A stretch of 64,000 nucleotides of DNA from Macrostomum lignano. Its lineage: Eukaryota. A model generated the notes under the pieces. That model worked only from the letters and a program-made list of their open reading frames with translations. It did no database searches and was not told the origin of the DNA. Positions 54,856 to 64,000 of the stretch are shown in pieces (positions within the stretch are counted from its first letter, which is position 1; the number at the start of each line of letters is the position of its first letter). A program made the translations under genes and the position numbers. The stretch is taken from contig NIVC01002758.1 in assembly GCA_002269645.1 (NCBI GenBank), forward strand, positions 62,001-126,000, read 5' to 3'.

Positions 54856-57800
54856 AACAAATGATCAATTATATAGGCTTAAACTTTTAGTACTGCAGTA
54901 TTAATTCTTAACTTTATTTTCTATATATATATATTATGTTTATAGGTTTTGTAAAGTTTATTACAATTAGAAAAAAATAATTTTTAGGGCCTATTTTATA
55001 TCTATATTATAATTTATGTCTTATTTAAAATAAGATTTTAACTTACAATAAAAACCTATTGTCTTAGGCCTTGATTATACTAATATACTATTATAATATA
55101 ACCTATAGTGTAGAATATAAAATTACATTCTATTTACACTAAAGTCTATACAAAATTCCTATTCTAATTTAAAATATAACTATTTTAATGTTAAAATATT
55201 TTGTTGCTATTATTATTTTGTTTGGCTTATCTTTTTATATTAATTATTATATAATATATTTATCAAAAAGCATAATGGCTATGCAGCAAGCTGCTCAAAC
55301 AAAGAGTTCGTTTAAGGCCTTGGCCTTGCCCTTGGGCCTTGGCCTATTTAATATATTATATTTATATTATATATAGGCCTCTATATCTAATAAAAGCATA
55401 TTGGTCAACTGACTTTTAATCAAGAATTAGCCTAGTCTGATACTCTGACAGACTCTGACAGATCAGACTCTGATATATAAAGTCATAACTATAAGTTTGA
55501 AATTGAATTTGAACAGCTCATTAACAACTTGATTAGACTAAGATGTTGAACTCATTTTACAGGTTTCAGCCAAGAACAAATATGACAAATTAAATTACGA
55601 ATATGAATTGCAACATCGATCATTTTACAGCAACAAATGGATGTAATTAATTGATGTAGGCCTATTTATGAAAGATTTGATGAAAAATAGCAACTAGCCC
55701 TAAAGTTTTGTTTTGTCTTGATCTTGAACTGCTCCCAAAGATTTTGCCTCTTAGACCCCTGCCATGCCTCCCCACTGTAAATTTAGTTAGATGTATAAGT
55801 GTAGTAACATCAAAATGAAGTGGTGTAAATTGCAGATAAATGAAAACGCTTGCACTTTTATTCGTCCTGTGATTAATATTATTTATAATAGTTATAGTAA
55901 TAGTTATTCACACATGATCTTGCATAAAAGAAAGTATTATATTATTCAGTCAAAGCGAAAAAGACTGCGTCAGACGTAATATTTTATTTTACTGACATAT
56001 GATAACTTATTTTGCATGTTTTCAAATAAACTTATAATGCAGATTATTTATCGTGCATTTTACAGATTCTATCGCTAAGTATAAAGGGTTTAATAGATGA
56101 GGGAATTATCACAGAATTAAAGCAAATCTTATTTTACCAAAATTTTGCTTTTTCATGATTTTCAGCATCTTTTATACCTTCTGTTCCTTTTAAAAAATAT
56201 TTTTATAACTGCAGCCGAAGGTGCTGTACATATGTACATGTATGTAGTCTTTTGATCAGCTGCTCAGCACACATGATGCTTAGCACCATATCCGGTATAA
56301 TATTAATAAATCACCTTTTTGTCCTTGCTTTTGGTTCAGTTTATTTGTTTTTTTTGGCGTGCATTCATAGAATTATTAATAATATTCGTTTGCAGAAAGT
56401 TCCACACAATGCAAGGAGCATAGATAGATAGAAAGGATAGAACAAATAAAAAAACTAGAGTTCTTGCGCACGCGCGCTCACAAAAAGGCAGGAGGGGCAG
56501 GCAGCTGTAGTCTGGGGGCTGAGACCCAGCGCCTGCAAGTCAGACATGAACAGGCACTCAGCGTCACAGTACAACCTTGGCCATGGCGCTTCGTTCTGTC
56601 GGCTGGTGTAGGAGGACCTGCAGGATGAGCCAAGGCCATGCACTGTCTCAAATCAAGGACACCAATACAAGGATCATGCACTGTTGCACTGTTTTATACT
56701 TACATTGTTATACTAATTAAGTGGTCCTTGTTTCCACAGCGTCGCTTAATTACATGTATTAAAAATATATAGGTACAATTTTGATTCAATGTCGACAACT
56801 TGAAAATTGAGAATCCTGATTGCTGATGATTAAGCAATACAGTAACTATGTAATTCAAAATTAATGATGATCGATAGGTGTGCTCGTAATTTATAGATAG
56901 TCGCTTGACTACCAAATACAGCGGCTGCAAATACAGATGTTAGAATTTGTTTTGAAAGCTATTTAAAGCTGTTTAAAAATGTCTGGTAACTGAAAAGAAT
57001 GACATCGAACAATACGATCATATAGGACCTTGTTTCTTGATCACGATTCCAAAAAAGATCTTTTTAATTCCAAAAACTCATTAATCAGAAATTTGCTAGT
57101 TTTGGCTTAGTTGCTTATAAGTTCTTTTAAATCACAGATAGTGGTGCCATTTTAAGACCTTCTTTTAAATTATTCACAGTATATATATTTACTTCAAGAA
57201 CTATATATTTAATACTGAGTCGTATTTCGCAAATATACCAATTGTATAGTTACATGCCTAGCAAAAGCTTGTTGGTGATAGCATACTGTACTTTAAAATA
57301 CCGCCGATAAACACAAAAGTATGTCACGTGATGTTTACATACAAATGCATGGCATGAGAGCCTAGAGACAGGACGGAGGCGTGTCTTTGATTCAGTCAGC
57401 TGTCTTCTGATATCAGCAATGAATCATATAGAAAGCTTGAGTTACAGTGTGATCAGAGAAACACTTGCTTTCGCCAAATATAGTGTTCTTGAGCTCAAAT
57501 CTATAGAGAGCGGCATTACCACTCAAGCGGCTTATTTGATGACGTTTGATCTTCTTATCAGCTGTAAGACTAAATCCCGGTGTAAAATTCGACGTCGATT
57601 CGAAGTCGATTCGAAGTCGATTTTTCTTCTAAAGTCGAATTGACGGAGATGCCGAATAGAAGTCGAAAATTCGACTTCGATTTGAGTTGCATCAACAGTT
57701 TTAACAAATTAAATTTACTCTTATAAATATTAACTTGACCGTAACGGCAGTACTTTTAGTAACAGAATAATTTAAATTTTTAGTTTAGAATTATGTTTAC

Positions 57801-59248
57801 TCGAGCTATTTTGCAGCACACGATACTAAATGGTGTGAGTTTAAATTAATGACGTTAAATTTGCAGAATTACTAGATCGCCTGGGCAAAAAAACGCTCGT
57901 AGTTAGAAGTTTACTTAAAGGTTTGCAATTTCCAAGTAAATATGCAGTTCTGAATAAGTAATCAATTTAAAATAGCATTCGCAGTATGCAGCAGCAAATT
58001 AATTTAGTTCTTTCGACTGATTTTTTTCACAAAGTTATTTATGTGTTAACTTGTCATTTGGGATTTGCTCTCTCCTGACTTTTTCTAAAATTTTAGTCAT
58101 ATTGCATTTGGTCGCTATAGTCATAGCATCTATGCATGGGGTGTTATAATCAACAGCCATATTATTCAACATTCATTTTTGTAAAAAAAGTAATAAAACT
58201 TCCCTCTCTATAATTTTTGCAACTTTATAATTAACTAGCTGTAGTCACATTAGCAACCTTACTTTAAAAAGACACTTTTAACATGTTGTTTGAAGCACAG
58301 AGCCAATAGGCATGTGCTAAATATAGTGAGCATTCTTGTTTCAGCTATTTTTAAGATAAATTGCTACAATTTTTATTGTTTGTTTTTTGTGGATTTTATT
58401 ATGAAATCATAATTATTTTATGACAATTTTTATGGGGTCCAAACTAGATTGATGTCAATTTTTCAGTTAATACTTTGCTTAACTTTTTAAATATTTTTAT
58501 TAAGCTTTAATGAAATGATAATAAGTGATATAGGCTTCTAATCCAAATTGCTCATGGTGATGCTAAACAAGTTTTTGGTTTATTTGTCTCCAATCAAGAA
58601 GCACTCTATAAACTTATATAATGGAATTTTAATGATGTAGAACATAAAATTTTATTTCCTTTACAGTTGTAAAGTTCCAATTTTTTATTTTTGGGCTTTA
58701 GTTTAGAATTATTCATGAGATCCTAGGCCTATAAAATTAAAGCTTTAACTATTTGTTATTATAGATCCTTTATAAACTTTAGTGCCTTTGATACTTTATT
58801 GCACTTTAAATGGCTTTTGTAGATATAGACAATGTTTTACTTATAGTAATATGTTCCATCTAAAGCAAACACTGTATTATCATTTCTAAACTATTGCTGA
58901 ATTATTCTTACTGAGCAGTACAGACTGCATAATGTTTGAATTAGCTAGGGTCAAGTTCATCTTTTTTAAATATAGAGGGAATTTCAAACAGTTGGGAGAA
59001 AGGCGAAATACTATTTTTGAGTAGACATAATATCATTTATACAACTGTGTACATTTACATCGAAATCTTTCACTTAAAATTTAGTACAAAAAACATCCAC
59101 ATTGACAGCCAAATAATAACCAAGCATTATCAATAACAGACTAGTCCTTTTTAATTTCTTGTGCAATATTGCAAATTTTTTATTTATACAAAATAATTTA
59201 CTGTTCACTGTTTTAATTCACTGATTCAATTTACTGTTTCAGATTAAC

Positions 59249-61891
59249 ATGGCCTCACGAAATTTCAACAGGGAAATTCGGAAGAAACTGCTGGACTTTA
59301 TTCATGTAGAAGGGGATTCTGAGGCTCATGAATTTAATAGTAGGCCTATGGATGCTGAAAGACAATTTGGCTCAATCTTGGATGAAGATGAAGGTGTTGA
59401 ACCAACTGTATATATATCTGAGCAGGAGGATGATGCTGGGGAGGAGGATCACAAGTGAATCGTTCGAGTTTCGGGCGGATATCTGTGCCGTCACATCGTT
59501 TTGGAACAACATCATCCGATGAGACAGCAGATGAAACCGATGTGCATTCTGCTGGGAGCCCATTTGAAGCGCCGGTTTCTAGGAAGCCTGCACCTGAATC
59601 CAGACCTATGCTTCCAGATCCGTTGCTCCTGTTACGCAATCAACAGCACAGCGCGTGTTTGCCGCCACATGTTTCGTGCAGTTCTGGCCCATCTGATTTC
59701 CAAAATATCATGCACAACGGAGGAGTTGTCCCACAAACCTCCAACAGTGGCGATTCTCTCCTCCGAGAACTAACTGGAGACCTGCGGGTCACGCCACATT
59801 CGTCGGTTTCAAGCGGGAATCATCCGGTTCGGGATCATCAGGGCCGTTTCCATTTGGAGACACAAACAATAGTGAGCAAGTGGGAGAAAGACTTCCGTTC
59901 CGCTGGATTGGACCTTTACTCCAACAGAGGTAATGCAAATCGAAATCGTGCTGTAGAAACTTCATGATAAAGTACTCGTACATGCGTTGTTCTTGTTCCT
60001 GCAGGAATAGTGCATCTACTCGCCCACGTGGTGCGCGACATCAAGATGGTTTCAAAGAACCAGTCGACCACCTCATCTGACGCCGCTGAGTCTCCGTCAC
60101 TGGTACATATAGATGATTCACTTGGTGACCTTCCGATGAAAAATGTATCTGAATACCAGAGCTTCTGTCGGAAGCTACAAGAATCTGGTTTCCGGAACGC
60201 TATAGTAAGTCAATTCATGTCTCAATACTTTTATCAAATGTTTATGGGCGCAAAATTGCTTCATATTTCATGAGTTTAACATCATTTTAAATAAATATCA
60301 CGAAATATTATGCTGCATGCATGAAAAAGTTCTTTGGTACGGTACAAATAAAAATGACTGATGTTGCAGGTGACTCAAACGCGCGTCCTTTTACAGATTT
60401 CGAAGCTACGACGCCTTGGTGGCAACACTGCTGAAGCCCACACAGCAAGAATAATGGACTTTCTGCTGTCAAGAAAGTTTCAACAGGCTTTCAATCGGTC
60501 TGGTAGGGATTATTCGCAAGCACGAAAAACAAGTGGCAATAAGCTATCATTTGCCAAAACCTTGGAACCGATCGTCATTTGTAAGTTAATGTTATGAACT
60601 AATGCTCCTGCCAAACCTTTGCTTAGGAATTTATACGTATCATTTCCAAATGTACTTCGTATATTTATATTTACCCGTTAATGTACCACTAATGTGCACT
60701 ACTAATATATTTACAGGGGCGTCACCAACGGGGGGGACAGGGGGGACATGTCCCCTCCAGTAAAATATCTGGGGGGGCATGCCAATGCTTTGTCCCCCCA
60801 CCCCCACCTTGTGGCCCGTTATTAATTTTTGCTGCATGGTGACAAAATAGCACCGGCGGAGCTAAAATGAGTGCCTGCAGTGCTAAAATGAGTGTCTGCA
60901 GTGCTAAAATGAGTGCCTGCAGTGCTAAAATGAGTGCCTGTGGCGCTAAAATAAGTGTCTGCGGCGCTAAAATGAGTGCCTGCGGAGCTAAAATGAGTGC
61001 CTGCAGTGCTAAAATGAGTGTCTGCAGTGCTAAAATGAGTGCCTGTGGCGCTAAAATGAGTGCCTGTGGCGCTAAAATAAGTGCCTAAGGCGCTAAAATG
61101 AGTGCCTGTGGAGCTAAAATGAGTGCCTGCAGTGCTAAAATGAGTGCCTGCAGTGCTAAAATGAGTGCCTGTGGCGCTAAAATAAGTGCCTAAGGCGCTA
61201 AAATGAGTGCCTGTGGAGCTAAAATGAGTGCCTGCAGTGCTAAAATGAGTGCCTGCAGTGCTAAAATGAGTGCCTGTGGCGCTAAAATAAGTGTCTGCGG
61301 CGCTAAAATGAGTGCCTGCGGAGCTAAAATGAGTGCCTGCAGTGCTAAAATGAGTGCCTGCAGTGCTAAAATGAGTGCCTGTGGCGCTAAAATAAGTGCC
61401 TAAGGCGCTAAAATGAATGCCTGTGGAGCTAAAATGAGTGCCTGCAGTGCTAAAATGAGTGCCTGCAGTGCTAAAATGAGTGCCTGTGGCGCTAAAATAA
61501 GTGTCTGCGGCGCTAAAATGAGTGCCTGCGGAGCTAAAATGAGTGCCTGCAGTGCTAAAATTAGTGCTGACAACACCGATTCTGAAAATAATGTACCTGT
61601 AGGCATTTCGTCGTGTACATGTGCATATAGAATTCTTGGCTTTGTCCCCCCCACCATAAAATCCATGGCGACGCCTCTGTCTATTTACCTGTAATTGTAT
61701 TTCCATGCAGTTAAAACGATGTCACAAAAAGTACTCGCGTGCCTACGTGTAAAATGCAGTGAATTTATTTGCTTTCAGTGGCCGTAACCAAGGCGTTTCC
61801 GCAAGCTTCTGAGGAGCGAATCACTCAAAAGATTAAGCGAATGCTGAAAGATTCAAAAGTAAGGGCCACGTCAAAGCGACATGAGGAGTGA
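59249..61891 (+). CDS. DUF4806/BEN-like-domain protein carried by the TIR element; exons ~59249-59929 (frameshift or small intron near 59455), 60005-60204, 60397-60580, 61779-61891
   Basis: The spliced C-terminus LPMKNVSEYQSFCRKLQESGFRNAI|ISKLRRLGG...RIMDFLLSRKFQQAFNRSG...LSFAK...|LAVTKAFPQASEERITQKIKRMLKDS follows the DUF4806 pattern as I recall it. Splice phases are consistent. Confidence 0.6.
60714..61679. mobile_element. hAT-type non-autonomous element nested in an intron of the DUF4806-like gene
   Basis: TIRs CAGGGGCGTC / GACGCCTCTG and an 8-bp TSD TATATTTA / TCTATTTA (1 mismatch). Contains a 21-bp minisatellite (GCTAAAATGAGTGCCTGCAGT, ~60860-61570). Confidence 0.78.
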
Positions 61892-62780
61892 ATTTAAGAG
61901 TGATTAGATGTCTGCATCATGATACGTTTTTAAATACGAACTACTACTCATATATCATATGCTTCTCAAAGACGCTGGATATCAAAGTCCATTCATCATA
62001 AATTTCTTAGTTTTTAGTTTTTCCGACTTTTTGCGCTGTCTTTTCTAATCGTTGTAATTGTTTTGTTAATTTATATACCAAAGCTTCTCTTTACTGCGCT
62101 CGTAGTTTCTTTAAAAATAAACCATATTTCAGCTTTTTGTGTTCCATTTTATGCGGTTATTTTGTTCTGATTTAATGCCGCGCATTCAAAAGATATACTA
62201 CATGAAGTCACCCTCGTATTGAATATTTAAATTAAGTTATTTATTTAAAGAATTTTGTTTGTTTTGAGGCCACATTCAGAGGCGAAAATCAAGGAAGTAT
62301 CGCGAAATTTAGGCCGAAAAACTCGACTTCGAATCGACGTCGAATCACCGGGACATCATTCGACGTCGATTCGGCTTAAAATTTTCGAAGTCGATTCGAC
62401 GTCGATTTTTACACCGGGATCAAATGTGAGTTCGAATTAGACTCATATTAAAATGAATATGACAGTAAAAAACAGCTAAATTTCTAGATAATACCGGAGT
62501 ACGCCGGGTGTCGAAAACAGAGCGGAAAATCTGGCCGTCACAAGGTCAGAGCAGCTCTATTGAACAGCTTTGAGTACAATTTGAGTTGGTTTCACCTTGA
62601 CCTGGCTGCTTGGCCACGCGCATAAATTCCGGACCATGAAAGACATATACATGTAGCAAACCAGTCAGCAAAATAGCTGTAAATAAAAAGCTAAAAATAG
62701 CGCCTAAAAATTCTCCGAGATAGGCAAGCAGGTGATGATATCAAATTTGATTTCACCGCTTTTATTGTTCAAGATCATTT

Positions 62781-63177
62781 CGTATGAAACATTCGCCGAC
62801 ACTTATTCAGACACTTCTACAGACACTTTAGTTTCTGTCGTACGAATCGTAGGAACAAGCATTAAATTTGTTTATTCCTCACAAACTACTAGTAAACTGC
62901 TTTATTTTAAGCTTTTTTTGCTTTATTTTATTAAATATGAATCATGAAATTTGTTATTCTGCATAGATTCTCTTCACGTGAAGAAGAATGTTAAATTTGT
63001 CCAGGACACTTCCTAATTCATATTTAATAAAATAAAGCAAAAAAGCTTAAAATAAAGCAGTTTACTGGTAGTTTGTTAGGAATAAACAAATTTAATGCTT
63101 GTTCCTACGATTCGTACGACAGAAACTAAAGTGTCTGTAGAAGTGTCTGAATAAGTGTCGGCGAATGTTTCATACGT
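62781..63177. mobile_element. Foldback / Mutator-like MITE with ~160-bp TIRs
   Basis: 62781-62942 is the near-perfect reverse complement of 63016-63176. The element is flanked by a 9-bp direct repeat AGATCATTT. Confidence 0.8.
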
Positions 63178-63735
63178 AGATCATTTGCATCTCTTTATTA
63201 CCAATTTTAATGTGGGTCTGCGAATTCTGAAACAAAAAGAAAAAAATTTGTTGTTTATTCGATAGTAACGTACTGAATGTACTAAAATTAATTGTAGCAA
63301 TATATTGGTTTATTTGATTCGATTGTCAGTTTATCGTTCGTCAACAGTTGGAAGAACAATTTAATATGAGTTTGAGAAGGGATACTGTGCGAGAAATTAA
63401 TCGAAAAAAAACTACTCACAACAGAGAGACAATAAATTTAAATTTACATATTTACATGCAAAAGTTGCTGCAGATTATTTTTGCCTTTTTTAATTAAAAC
63501 ATTAAAAACATAAAACAAAGACTCCAGTGCCATGGATGCTTAATGCATACACGCAACAAAGACAACTAAAAAGTAAGAATGAATAGCAATTAAATAATTC
63601 TAAAAAAATGTGACACTTGTGAAACGCTCGCACAACATTTTCTCGCATCATATCTATGAAGTACCTGCACTTAGCAACTGAGTAGCATCTGCTGGCTGCC
63701 TTCATCATGCTGCAAGAGTTCTCTTGTGCTCAAAA

Positions 63736-64000
63736 TTACACTCTCGGTTCCATCACCAGCTGATAGTTCTTTGGCGACCAGACCAGGCCGTCGGAGCCCT
63801 CCATCAGCCTGGCGACATACTCCGGGGTCACGTCGCCCGCCAGACGAAATCGGTAGCGTCGAATGAGCTCGACAGTCACCAGAGTGATCTGCAGCTCGGC
63901 CAGGCGCTCTCCCGGACACGAGCGCGGCCCGACAGAGAACGGGATGACCTCAGCCGGCTTCTTGAACTGGCCGCCGGGTCCGGTGAGGAACCTGGCCGGA
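63736..64000 (-). CDS. Cytochrome P450, C-terminal 87 aa (5' part outside the window)
   Basis: The minus strand reads PARF (PERF motif)...FSVGPRSCPGERLA (heme-binding FxxGxRxCxG)...MEPRV*. Confidence 0.92.
   Translation of the reverse strand, partial: PARFLTGPGGQFKKPAEVIPFSVGPRSCPGERLAELQITLVTVELIRRYRFRLAGDVTPEYVARLMEGSDGLVWSPKNYQLVMEPRV

Larger units (their letters stand above)
57576..62418. mobile_element. Non-autonomous TIR DNA transposon, CMC/EnSpm-like (~4.8 kb)
   Basis: TIRs CCCGGTGTAAAATTCGACGTCGA / TCGACGTCGATTTTTACACCGGG, a 2-bp AT target-site duplication and TCGA-rich subterminal repeats at both ends. No transposase seen. Confidence 0.72.

Noticed and set aside
56400-56950. Degraded transposase fragment on the minus strand
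   Set aside because: There is only a faint resemblance to EnSpm-associated C-terminal motifs, interrupted by stops. Not supportable without a search.

Overview
Eukaryotic (animal) genomic DNA with GC-rich exons and AT-rich introns packed with minisatellites. The overall style suggests a flatworm such as Macrostomum; this is an inference. Gene models built by hand from GT-AG sites and reading phase: p23/PTGES3 (+), an orphan 3-exon gene (-), BLOC1S3 (+), COQ2 (+), a 26-exon ~3,820-aa SMG1 kinase with N-terminal ankyrin repeats (+), a GPI-anchored Ly6/three-finger protein (+), a C22orf39/UPF0545 homologue (-), a DUF4806-like gene inside a TIR element (+), and the 3' end of a cytochrome P450 (-). 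The main finding is that COQ2 has two tandem, homologous 134-nt exons that can only be used one at a time. One has the Leu/Ser signature of the rhodoquinone-type (coq-2e) exon and the other the Phe/Ala signature of the ubiquinone-type (coq-2a) exon, which points to a splicing switch for anaerobic mitochondrial respiration. COQ2 also has no genomic start codon for its mitochondrial presequence, consistent with an AUG donated by a flatworm spliced leader. SMG1 is fused in frame to an ankyrin module. Most of the long ORFs in the supplied track are artefacts of tandem repeats. No database searches were run; family assignments come from recalled motifs.
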